Shown: positions 1 through 9,364 of the stretch, in pieces | Numbering within the stretch: position 1 is the stretch's first letter | How the letters are laid out: every line of letters starts with the position of its first letter | Source: an uncultured delta proteobacterium | GTDB taxonomy: Bacteria; Desulfobacterota; Binatia; UBA9968 | Assembly (NCBI GenBank): GCA_963737905.1 | Contig: CAVTUQ010000008.1 | Coordinates: forward strand, 64,001-128,000 | Direction: 5' to 3' | DNA length: 64,000 bases | Position numbers and translations under genes: made by a program | The notes under the pieces: generated by a model | What the model was told of the DNA's origin: nothing | Database searches by the model: none | The model's input: only the letters and a program-made list of their open reading frames with translations

Positions 1-996
1 AAGATCCCTCCAGAATCAGCGGTCGATATTTCTATGGAGACCAGAACAAAGTCGACTTTAACGATTTCCATATAGTTTTCGACAAGCCGGAGAAAGATTG
101 GGGTGTTGGCTTCCACATATCCGGTGATTTCGGCCGCACCGGAGAGTTGTTGAGGGAAGCGACGTTGTGGAGCCTAAACTTGAATAAGGAACCTTCAGCC
201 GAGTTGCGCGAGTCCTACATCACCACGACGATTCCTGTCGGTGAAGGAATTCAATTCAAGGGAGGTTTGTTTGTAACGACTCTGGGAACGGAAATCCTTC
301 CAAACCCAGGCTCTTACAATGACCAAATAACGCGTTCGTTCGCGTTCAACTATGCCATTCCACTTCGTCACCTAGGCGGTCTTTTTACCTATCCATTTCT
401 CAAAACGCTGACTGGCACCATGGGTGTTGTAACCGGTTGGGATAATCCTCGCGATAACAACGGTTCGCCATCGGGATTGTTTGGGCTAACCTTCACCCCC
501 AGTGACACGTTCTCGTTGGCAAGCAATATCATCGTTGGTCCAGAACAGACGCATAACACCAACGATCCCCGTTTTACCTGGAGTAATGTCGCCACGATCA
601 AGCCAATGGACCCTCTTACTCTCTTGCTAGAGTTTACGCTTGGTTTTGAGCAAGACGCATCGACGCCGACGGGTATTAAGGATGCCCAGTGGTACGCCTT
701 CGCTGGTACAGGAGTCTTGGAGCTGGACGGACCGCTTCAGCACGTCGCTCCGAACCGAGCTATTTTTAGATGAAGGAGCGTCGAGGACGTCAAGGCTTTG
801 CGGCCACCAAACCTATATTTCAACGTTGCGTTAGGTGAAGTGACGTTGGCGGGAACCTACAAGTTCACCAAAATGTTCCAGGGCCGAGCGGAGTTTAGGC
901 AAGACTGGGCCAATCGAGCCGTTTATAAGAGAGGGTCGCAGCAACGCCAATGCCAATCAGACGACCTTAGGCCTGCAGTTGCTCTATCAATACTAG
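1..996 (+). CDS. Outer-membrane beta-barrel porin (BBP2/OmpL-like), 5' end outside window, broken by 2-3 frameshifts
   Basis: ORFs 147-773, 640-834 and 798-1124 join into one porin-like sequence (ESYITTTIPVGEG..KGGLFVTTLGTE..YNDQITRSFAF..GWDNPRDNN..RAEFRQDWAN). A further frame ends NANQTTLGLQLLYQY* at 996, a typical aromatic C-terminal beta-signal. Confidence 0.65.
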
Positions 997-1021
997 CCCA
1001 ATCGATAACTGGTTTCGCAGG

Positions 1022-1061
1022 CGGGGGAGGGAGACGGAACGTTTCCCTCCCCGTTTTTTTT
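1022..1061 (+). terminator. Rho-independent terminator
   Basis: GGGGAGGGA...TCCCTCCCC stem followed by a T8 tract just after the porin stop. Confidence 0.8.
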
Positions 1062-1177
1062 GAAATGCATTTCCCGATGACAGGTTCTCTCATGGAGATC
1101 TTGCAGAACCCCCGTCACGTTTGAGTCGTTCGGTTCTTTCCCGTATATGAAATGTTGTCCACCTGGTTTTTTAATCG

Positions 1178-2767
1178 TTGGACATTTTCGATCGTTGGCC
1201 TCATAACTTGGACGCCCAGAAGCGCCACTATTTGTACCTTTGCCTTTTAGCGGGAGTCTCTTCTTCCCAGCCCTTGGCGCAAGGGATTTTTGGGCGCCGG
1301 TCGAGCCGCGCTATGCCGAGATCGTCCGCGTCATGTTCGCCAAGGGCGAATGGATTGTGCCCACGGTCAACGGTGATCTCTATACGGATAAACCGATTCT
1401 CTATTTCTGGTTGGCCTTCATTTGCTCAAAGCTCTTTGGGGCCGTAAACGAATGGACCGTCCGTCTTCCTGCTGCGCTTGGCGCCGTGGGAGCTGTTTTT
1501 ACAACCTACGCCCTCGGTCGAAACTTCTTCAGTCCGAGAATCGGCTTAATCGCCGCGTTTGTGCTAGCGACTTCAGCGCGGGTCATTTGGGAAGGGCGCT
1601 GGGCCCATGTGGACACGCTCTTTAGTTCTTCTTTGTTTTGTCGATGTACTTCGCCGCGCGAGCGGTCTTGAAAAAGGGAACTCTCAACGAACTGGTTCTT
1701 TCCTATGCCCTCATGGCGCTCGCAACGTTGACGAAGGGACTGATCGGGGTTGTGCTGCCGGCGCTTATTCTTCTAACGTTCGCTGCCGTCCGACGCGATT
1801 GGCGACTTTTGTCGGAAGCGCGCCTCCCATGGGGAGTGCTAATGTTTCTAGTGATCGCTGCTCCGTGGTTTGTCTTGGTGAATAGTGCCACCGACGGAAA
1901 GTGGTTGACGGATTTTATCTATCTCCATCACATCCAGCGATACCTCGCAGGTGTTGGCCACAGGCAGCCATTCTATTATTACTTTACGACGTTACCGGTC
2001 GATCTTTTGCCTTGGACGATATTTGCGATCCCGGCACTGTTCGTCTACAAGCCTCACAGGAAGGTCTTTGGAGACCCACTCTTGCTTTTCTTGACGTTGT
2101 GGTTTGTCGTTGTTTTCGTCTTCTTTACTCTTTCGGACACGAAGCGTGACTTGTATCTTCTTCCGCTTTTCCCTCCGGTGGCGCTCCTGATTGGAAAGTA
2201 TATCGACGATCTCGCGTCCGGCTCCTAGTGCAGGATCGTGGATCGAGGAGGCCCTGTTGTTTTTCAACTCGCTATGGCTTGGATGCCTCGCGCTGCCCAT
2301 CGCCACATGGGTTGTTTTTAGTGAGGCCTTCCGGCCGAGCGGTTTGCCGGCGCATACTTCGTCTGGCATCGTTCATCGCGGAAGGTGTTTTTGACGGCCA
2401 CCCTCGCCATGACATTTCCTACACTGACGGCGTCAGTGTGGTTGCTGCCGTTTCTGGAACGCTATAAGTCTCCCAGACCTTTTGCACTCGCAGTCAAAAA
2501 ACGCATTCCGCCAGCAGCACGGCTTTTTGTTTACGCTGACACGATGAACGACTATAATTTTTACCTGGAGAGAACCGTCATCCCGATCGTGGCCTCACAA
2601 GCGGAAACACAAACGCTGCTATTACAGGCGGACCCCGCCTATATGGTCGTTAGGGACAGGGATCTCAAGAAGTTGAAATGGATTACGAGGGACAGGATTC
2701 TCTTCAAGGCCGGCGCCCGCGGGAGGGTTGGTACCTGATTGCGCTCGGCAGTCGTATCAATCCATAG
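1178..2767 (+). pseudogene. ArnT/PMT-family (GT39/GT83) membrane glycosyltransferase, multiply frameshifted (pseudogene or sequencing error)
   Basis: Fragments 1178-1447, 1240-1671, 1638-2228 and 2385-2738 carry family motifs (EPRYAEIVR, WIVPTVNG..DKPILYFW, RLPAAL, LTKGLIG, PFYYY, TKRDLYLLPLFP); at least 4 breaks. Confidence 0.8.
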
Positions 2768-2908
2768 TGGTCTCGCTTCATCCGGGTCTGTTTAACGACT
2801 CTATTGACACCGGACGGACAATTGGCTTAGCTCTAGTGGCTAAAACGTTCGCGCACCAAAGCCTGAATGAATTTGGCTTAAGAAAGATTGGAAGCGAAAG
2901 GAGTTGCC

Positions 2909-4516
2909 ATGAAACTTTTGAAACGCGTAAAAGCGATCGTCGCGACTGTCGTACTGCTCATTTTTCTCGTCCCTTACGTGTTCGCGGCCCAGCAGGAGAG
3001 TCCACGACCAGGAGGTGAGCTGGTATTTGCCGTGGGCGGCACCCCGCCGTCTTACGATGGTCACCGCGAAACCACGTTTGCCATGCTCCATCCGATCGCA
3101 CCGCACTACAGCACGCTGTTGAGATTCGATCCGCAAAATTACCCGAAGATTATCGGCGATGTTGCCGAGAGCTGGACGATCTCCAAGGATGCGCTCACTT
3201 ATACCTTCAAGATTCGCAAGGGAATTCAGTTTCACGATGGCAGTCTACTAACCGCCAATGACGTCAAGGCAACCTACGACAAGATTATTTTTCCGCCCGA
3301 AGGGGTGGTGAGCGCGCGCCAGGCCACCTACAGGGTCGTGGACAAAGTGGAGACTCCGGATGCGCAAACCGTGGTCTTTCGTTTGAAGTATCCATCGGCA
3401 TCTTTTCTCGCCAACCTGGCGTCGCCATGGAACTTCATCTACAAAGCCGACATCCTGGCTAAGGACCCGCGCTGGTATGAAAAGAATATCATGGGCACAG
3501 GGCCGTTTACTTATGTCGAGTACGTAGCGGGCTCTCACTGGGTGGGAAAGAAGAATCCAAATTATTTCATGAAGGGGAGACCGTATCTCGACGGCTATAG
3601 AGCAGTCATCATCCGGGACACCGCCCCGCGGGTCGCTGCAGTACGGAGCGGGCAAGCGCTCATCGAATTCCGCGGCTTCAACCCCGCAGCGCGCGACGAC
3701 ATCGTGAAAACCGCGGGGAACCAGGTGATGGTGCAGGAAAGCCCGTGGGTCTGTAATCTCACCGTGACGCTCAACAACGAAAAAAAACCGTTCGATGACG
3801 TGCGAGTTCGACGCGCCCTCACGCTTGCGATCGATCGGTGGGGAGCATCGAAGGCGCTGTCGCAGATTTCGGTGATGAAGTACGTAGGAGGGCTTTTACG
3901 GCCCGGCTCCGAGTTCGCTATACCTGAGTCCGAGCTCGTCAAGCTCGCCGGATTCGGAAAGAACATCGAGGCGTCGCGCAAGGAAGCGAGACAATTGCTT
4001 AAAGAAGCCGGAGTGCCTGAGGGTTTTTCCTTCACGCTCAAGAACCGCAACGTGAGAGAACCCTACGAAGTGACCGGCGTCTACGTCATCGATCAATGGC
4101 GTCAGGTCGGACTCAATGTCAATCACGTTCAGCAGGAAGAAGGAGCTTACTTCAATGATTTTCGCCAGGGTAACTACGAGGCCGGGATCGATTTTTCCTG
4201 TGATTTTATGGACGACCCGGATCTGCAGCTCTTCAAGTTCGTGAGCAGCAATAAGAGTCCCGTCAATTACGCGCGATACAACGACACGGTGTTGGATGAC
4301 CTATACGACAAGCAGAGCCGAGCCACCGATCCCAAAGAACGCCTGAAGCTCATAAGGCAATTCGAAAAGCGCGTTATCGATGAGAAGGCCTATCAGTTCC
4401 CCCCCACCCTCTGGTGGCAGCGCATCGTGCCGCACTGGACGAAAGTGAGAGGCTGGAAGATCACACCGAGTCACTACGTCAATCAGGACCTGAGGGACGT
4501 CTGGCTCGCGGAGTAA
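2909..4516 (+). CDS. ABC transporter substrate-binding protein, family 5 (peptide/nickel, DppA/OppA-like)
   Basis: Signal peptide; motifs GDVAESW, YTFKIRKGIQFHDG, GTGPF, PFDDVRVRRAL; AAGGAG before the ATG at 2909. Confidence 0.92.
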   Translation: MKLLKRVKAIVATVVLLIFLVPYVFAAQQESPRPGGELVFAVGGTPPSYDGHRETTFAMLHPIAPHYSTLLRFDPQNYPKIIGDVAESWTISKDALTYTFKIRKGIQFHDGSLLTANDVKATYDKIIFPPEGVVSARQATYRVVDKVETPDAQTVVFRLKYPSASFLANLASPWNFIYKADILAKDPRWYEKNIMGTGPFTYVEYVAGSHWVGKKNPNYFMKGRPYLDGYRAVIIRDTAPRVAAVRSGQALIEFRGFNPAARDDIVKTAGNQVMVQESPWVCNLTVTLNNEKKPFDDVRVRRALTLAIDRWGASKALSQISVMKYVGGLLRPGSEFAIPESELVKLAGFGKNIEASRKEARQLLKEAGVPEGFSFTLKNRNVREPYEVTGVYVIDQWRQVGLNVNHVQQEEGAYFNDFRQGNYEAGIDFSCDFMDDPDLQLFKFVSSNKSPVNYARYNDTVLDDLYDKQSRATDPKERLKLIRQFEKRVIDEKAYQFPPTLWWQRIVPHWTKVRGWKITPSHYVNQDLRDVWLAE

Positions 4517-4526
4517 TCCTTGCCAC

Positions 4527-4591
4527 GAGGATAGGGGATGGATGATAGGATCGAGAATCGCACGATCGTCGATTTTCCATCTTCAATCCTC
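4527..4591. repeat. Fold-back element of GAGGATN-type heptamer repeats
   Basis: Left arm GAGGATA GGGGATG GATGATA..GAGAATC; right arm GATCGTC GATTTTC CATCTTC AATCCTC (reverse-complement units). Confidence 0.65.
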
Positions 4592-4602
4592 TCTAGCTGA
4601 AG

Positions 4603-5556
4603 GTGCGGCAGTACATTCTCAAACGTCTATTGTTAATGATCCCGACTCTGTTCGGGGTTGCCGCGCTTATTTTTCTGGTCCTTCGCGTTCTGCCGGGAGA
4701 CATTGTTGAACTCAAATACGCAGGCGCGGGCGCCTATGCGCCGAAAGAGGCGATCGCGCGGGAGCGGGCGCAACTCGGTTTAGACAAACCCATCTGGCAA
4801 CAATTCGTGAGCTGGATATCGGGGATTGTTCGTCTCGACTTCGGCACCTCGATGTGGACCGGGCAACCCATTAGCCATGAAATCGCGATCCGTCTGGAGC
4901 TAAGCCTTGAGCTCGCGTTGATGGCGACGTTTATCGCGGTTCTCCTCTCGATTCCGCTCGGCACTCTGGCAGCGGTAAAACAGGACACCTGGGTCGACTA
5001 CTGCGTGCGGATTTTTTCCATCGCGGGTCTTGCCATTCCGTCGTTTTGGCTTGGCATCGTTATCATTCTTGCTTTCATCATCTATTTTCGCTGGCTGCCC
5101 CCGCTGACTTTTACCTCGTTCTGGGTCGATCCCAAGGCGAACCTCATGCAGCTCATCTGGCCGGCACTTGCGGTCGGCTATCGCTACTCTGCAGTCGCCA
5201 CGCGTATGACCCGCTCCGCGATTTTGGAAGTCTTGCGCGAAGATTATATCCGGACCGCGCGGGCCAAGGGGCTTTGGGAGAGAGCCGTCCTCATTCGCCA
5301 TGCGCTCAAAAACGCGCTGCTACCGGTGATCACGGTGATAGGGCTCGAATTCGCTTTCCTCGTCGGCGGCTTGGTGGTCACCGAGCAGGTATTCAACCTA
5401 AACGGAATCGGCAAGCTCTTAGTGGAAGCGATCAGCCAACGCGATTACACCATGGTCCAAAGTCTTGTTTTGCTCACTTCATTCGTTTTTATCTTCGTAA
5501 ATTTTCTCGTCGATTTGATAAACGCCTATTTGGATCCCCGCATCCGCTATCGATGA
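4603..5556 (+). CDS. ABC transporter permease (DppB/OppB-like)
   Basis: MRQYILKRLL start, GLDKP, DFGTS, EDYIRTARAKGL (EAA loop), DPRIRY end. Confidence 0.93.
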   Translation: MRQYILKRLLLMIPTLFGVAALIFLVLRVLPGDIVELKYAGAGAYAPKEAIARERAQLGLDKPIWQQFVSWISGIVRLDFGTSMWTGQPISHEIAIRLELSLELALMATFIAVLLSIPLGTLAAVKQDTWVDYCVRIFSIAGLAIPSFWLGIVIILAFIIYFRWLPPLTFTSFWVDPKANLMQLIWPALAVGYRYSAVATRMTRSAILEVLREDYIRTARAKGLWERAVLIRHALKNALLPVITVIGLEFAFLVGGLVVTEQVFNLNGIGKLLVEAISQRDYTMVQSLVLLTSFVFIFVNFLVDLINAYLDPRIRYR

Positions 5557-5577
5557 ACGATGCTAACAAGGGAGGGA

Positions 5578-5647
5578 TTGAAGTAGTTCAAACGTTCAAA
5601 CGGTTGAACTCGTCAGACTAGGTTCAACCATCTGAATCGTTTGAACG
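5578..5647. repeat. Fold-back element of CGTTCAAAN-type nonamer repeats
   Basis: CGTTCAAAC GGTTGAAC ... GTTCAACC ... GTTTGAACG inverted arms; same unit as 12820-12937. Confidence 0.65.
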
Positions 5648-5655
5648 AGCGTGAG

Positions 5656-6549
5656 ATGGCAAGATATAGCCATAGGGTTTTTAAGTCTCCAATTATCTCT
5701 CGCGTTGATCGGTGGCTTGAGGCGTCTTTCCGTTTTACTTGCCAGCGTCCGTTAGGTGCCGTCGGAGCGGCCATTATCGGCATCATGATCGCGGCGGCCG
5801 TCCTTGCGGGATTTGTTTCACCCTACGATCCGTTGACGACGGATTACGCAACAATGTTACAGGCACCGAGCTCAGTTCACTGGCTCGGAACGGACTCGTT
5901 CGGTCGAGACGTATTCACGCGGATCATCTATGGCTCGCGCACGGCTTTGTGGATCGGCTTTGCGTCTTCCTTCCTTGGATCCACCATTGGAGCGCTCATC
6001 GGCCTAACCAGTGCCTATTTCGGCGGCAAGATCGATCTCGTGCTCCAACGTTTCATGGATCTGCTTTTGTCGTTTCCATTGATCATTTTGGCTCTGGTGG
6101 TGGTTTCGTTGCTGGGCTCCGGCATGACGAATGTCATTCTCGCCATCACGGTTCCCATGGTACCGCGATGCGCTCTGGTCGTGCGCAGCAGCGCCCTCAC
6201 TTTGCGTGAGATGCCGTTTGTAGAAGCCGCGCGCGCTCTCGGCTTCGGTCCGTTGCATATCATTGTCCGCCATTTGATGCCCAATGTCATGGCGCCCTAC
6301 CTGATCATGCTGACCGCATTTCTCGGCCAGGCAATTCTTTTAGAGGCCTCACTTTCCTTCCTGGGTCTGGGCGTGGCGGAACCGCAAGCGGCTTGGGGCC
6401 TGATGTTGCGTGGTGCCGCCGTTGAATTCGCGGAGCGCGCGCCTTGGATGGCTATCTACCCGGGTATCGCCATCAGCTTGTCAGTTTTTGCCTTTAATCT
6501 TTTCGGCGACTCGTTGCGCGACGCGTTGGATCCGAAACTGCGGATCTGA
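5656..6549 (+). CDS. ABC transporter permease (DppC/OppC-like)
   Basis: HWLGTDSFGRD, FVEAARALG, EASLSFLGLG, GDSLRDALDP. Confidence 0.93.
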   Translation: MARYSHRVFKSPIISRVDRWLEASFRFTCQRPLGAVGAAIIGIMIAAAVLAGFVSPYDPLTTDYATMLQAPSSVHWLGTDSFGRDVFTRIIYGSRTALWIGFASSFLGSTIGALIGLTSAYFGGKIDLVLQRFMDLLLSFPLIILALVVVSLLGSGMTNVILAITVPMVPRCALVVRSSALTLREMPFVEAARALGFGPLHIIVRHLMPNVMAPYLIMLTAFLGQAILLEASLSFLGLGVAEPQAAWGLMLRGAAVEFAERAPWMAIYPGIAISLSVFAFNLFGDSLRDALDPKLRI

Positions 6550-6685
6550 CAATCAAAGCGGCTTCGCGCCGTCAAGAATGATTTCCACAAGAATGATTTT
6601 CCAGTCGCATGCCCCGAAAAATCTTGATAGTTTGCGGAGGGAAATTTCTGAGTTGTCATAAGACCATGACGTGCATAAGGGATAA

Positions 6686-7135
6686 ATGGCCGTGTTAAGA
6701 AGATTGTCGGCGTCTTCGGTGCTACTGTGGGGAATGGTGCTGGTTGCCGGCACCTACTTCGTTTATCTGAGAGCGCCCGATTGGCTCGAAGGTGAACCTG
6801 ATCCTCGTTCGCAGGAATTCTTGAATAAGATCGCCGCGGAGATCAATCGATCAGTACCGGTTATGATCGATCAAGAAACCGAACTCATGCCCGCAGCCGG
6901 CGCGCCAGGGATGCTGATCTACAACTATCGTCTGGTCAATGTTTCAGTAGCGCAAGTGGATCACAGTAAGTTCGCGACCGGGGCGAAAGATCGGCTGAAG
7001 CAAGGCGTCTGCAACCGGCCCGAAACTCGGGATGATTTTTTAAAAAAGGGCGTCACGTTGCGTTACTCTTACTTCGATAAGGATAAACAACACATCGCAA
7101 CCGTCGATGTGACGCCATCGGACTGCGGATTCTAG
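6686..7135 (+). CDS. Membrane-anchored periplasmic protein, PA3611/AspS-pilotin-like fold (tentative)
   Basis: N-terminal TM segment; pattern INxxxPxxIDxxT...LIYNY...C......L..G..L.Y.Y.D.......C with two Cys. Confidence 0.55.
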   Translation: MAVLRRLSASSVLLWGMVLVAGTYFVYLRAPDWLEGEPDPRSQEFLNKIAAEINRSVPVMIDQETELMPAAGAPGMLIYNYRLVNVSVAQVDHSKFATGAKDRLKQGVCNRPETRDDFLKKGVTLRYSYFDKDKQHIATVDVTPSDCGF

Positions 7136-7196
7136 AACGCGCTGCGACGGATCGACGACGTGCGGCGTATTCAGGATGATGCTCTTGCCAAGATGG

Positions 7197-8225
7197 TCAT
7201 TTCAGAATTTCTTTTGCTTTGGGGATGAGTTTCGGATCGAGCTTGAATATGTCTTTCACGTTCCGCTCGAGCTCCTCCCCGTCCAACGGGTTGATATCGA
7301 GCTTTGCCTTCTTGGCGTCAGCAAGAAACTCTGGGTCTTTCATGACGGCCATAAATGCCTTTCGCAATGTCATCAGCCGGTCTTTCGGCGTCCCGGGTGG
7401 AAGCAAATAGGGTCTGGCCGCTGGCCCTACGCTGTGAACCAACGAGCTGATCAGGTTTCGCGCTTCGTCGGTCTTGGCATAGCTCATCGCTAGTGGGACC
7501 TTGGAAAGTTCCGGGTGGGATTTCGCGGTGGTCTGTAAAACAATCTCCAGGTCGCCGCTTTTCAGCTCGTTAGGCCAGGTGGCCGTGAAGGACTGCCAAG
7601 CGTTGCACACTCCTTGAACTTCGCCGCCGTCGAACGCCAGCCTGACGTCCGCGGTCCCCTTATAACCCGAGACAATTTGCGCAGGAAGCCCGATCGTTGC
7701 GATGAGTACCTTGGGGATATCGTCCGTGGCCGAACCCGCGCCGACTCCGCCGAGTTTCACGATGGTCTTGGAGGCCATCCACTGGTCCATGCTCGAGATG
7801 CCCGTATTTTTTTTGGAAATGCCGATAACATAATCGTCCTGGGTCGGTACACCGATGTATTCGAATTTGGCTGCGTCGAACTCGATGCCAGGCTTGCCCA
7901 ATAGTTGCTGTAAGAAGAGTCCGCCGATAAAATGTCCGATGGTCAGTCCATCCGGTTTGGCTACGTTGTACATATAATTCGCCGAAATGAGAAATCCGGC
8001 CCCCGGCATATTTTCCACGACAAAGGTCGGATTCCCAGGGATGTGCTTTCCCATGTGCCGTGCGATAGTGCGAGAGTAGGTATCATAACCGCCGCCCGCA
8101 GACGCCCCGACGATAATCCTGACCGTCTTGCCTTTGTAAAAGGAGTCTTGTGCTTTTGCCGGGTTGGGGAACAAAAGCAATACGAAAGAAAAAACGGTCA
8201 CTAGACGGGTGAGAACTTGAGTCAT
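7197..8225 (-). CDS. Bug/TctC family tripartite tricarboxylate transporter substrate-binding protein
   Basis: Signal peptide; GGGYDTYSR, VVENMPGAG, KPDGLTI, GYKGTADVRLA. Confidence 0.9.
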   Translation of the reverse strand: MTQVLTRLVTVFSFVLLLFPNPAKAQDSFYKGKTVRIIVGASAGGGYDTYSRTIARHMGKHIPGNPTFVVENMPGAGFLISANYMYNVAKPDGLTIGHFIGGLFLQQLLGKPGIEFDAAKFEYIGVPTQDDYVIGISKKNTGISSMDQWMASKTIVKLGGVGAGSATDDIPKVLIATIGLPAQIVSGYKGTADVRLAFDGGEVQGVCNAWQSFTATWPNELKSGDLEIVLQTTAKSHPELSKVPLAMSYAKTDEARNLISSLVHSVGPAARPYLLPPGTPKDRLMTLRKAFMAVMKDPEFLADAKKAKLDINPLDGEELERNVKDIFKLDPKLIPKAKEILK

Positions 8226-8267
8226 AATGCCTCCTTCAGACTGTAGCCAATTGAGGTCACGCGAGCC

Positions 8268-9290
8268 CTACTTCAATATTTCCTTAAGCTGGTTCACCAG
8301 ACGCGGGTCCATCTTGAAGAGGTTGGCGACGATTATTTCTACCTCTTCCCCGGTTAGCGGATCCGTATCCAGTTTTGATTTCTTCGCATCCGCGACGAAT
8401 TCGCTATCCTGGAGGACTTCCACGAAAGCCTTGCGCAACATCTGCACTCGATCCTTAGGCGTTCCCGGCGCTACCGCGTATAATCGGGTGACCGCGGCTG
8501 GGTCATGAGCACCGAATTTGAGTAGCTGCCGCCCGTTTTCGTTCGGCGCATAGTCGATGGCGTTCGGCACTTTGGCCAATTCTGGATGGGGCTTGGCATT
8601 CACCTGTAGGACAATCGCCACGTTGCCGGAGTCGAGTCCCTGACGCCAGATCGATTTAATGGACTCCCACTGCCAGCAGCCACCCGCGACTTCACCTGCT
8701 TCGGCGGCGAGGCGAATCTCGGCGGTTCCTTTGTAGCCGGCCACGAGCTGGATCGGTAAATTCAGAGCGGCCTGTAAAATCTTCGCCGTATTATAAGTGG
8801 TGTCCCCCGGCGCAACCCCGCCCAGCTTGACTGGAGTCTTCGAATTCTTGAGCGCGTCAAAGCTCGGAATCCCGCTTGCTTTGGTAAATGCGCACGCCAC
8901 GTTGTCCTGGGTTGGGCTGCCAAGATACTCGAATTTGCGCGCGTCGAATTCAATCCCGGGTTTGCCGATGACCTGGTTAATCACCTGATTGCCGTGAAAA
9001 TTGAGGATAGTCAGGCCGTCTGGTTTGGCGATCTTGTAAACATGATTGGCTGCCACAAGGCTGGCCGCACCTGTCATGTTTTCCACGACGACGCTCGGAT
9101 TTCCCGGAAGATGGTGGCCGAGATGGCGGCCGATCACGCGCGAATAGGTGTCAAAGCCGCCCCCCGGGGAAAAACCTACAATAAGTTTGATCGCTTTGCC
9201 CTCATAGAAAGGGGCGGCGCTGTAGACCGAGGGAACAAATATCCAGCTCAGAGCGATAACAAAATAAGCCCGTTTCAATCGTCTAAACAT
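8268..9290 (-). CDS. Bug/TctC family substrate-binding protein (tandem paralog)
   Basis: Signal peptide; GGGFDTYSR, VVENMTGA, KPDGLTI, GYKGTAEIRLA. Confidence 0.9.
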   Translation of the reverse strand: MFRRLKRAYFVIALSWIFVPSVYSAAPFYEGKAIKLIVGFSPGGGFDTYSRVIGRHLGHHLPGNPSVVVENMTGAASLVAANHVYKIAKPDGLTILNFHGNQVINQVIGKPGIEFDARKFEYLGSPTQDNVACAFTKASGIPSFDALKNSKTPVKLGGVAPGDTTYNTAKILQAALNLPIQLVAGYKGTAEIRLAAEAGEVAGGCWQWESIKSIWRQGLDSGNVAIVLQVNAKPHPELAKVPNAIDYAPNENGRQLLKFGAHDPAAVTRLYAVAPGTPKDRVQMLRKAFVEVLQDSEFVADAKKSKLDTDPLTGEEVEIIVANLFKMDPRLVNQLKEILK

Positions 9291-9364
9291 CTCTACGAGA
9301 TCCCCTTCCGGAAACTCAGCCGGTGTTTGTTAGATCGCTATTAACTATAAATCAAGACACGCTG

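Noticed and set aside
2226-2228. TAG in the ArnT-like gene as pyrrolysine or read-through
   Set aside because: It lies among several frameshifts, is not at a known catalytic motif, and there is no pyl context.
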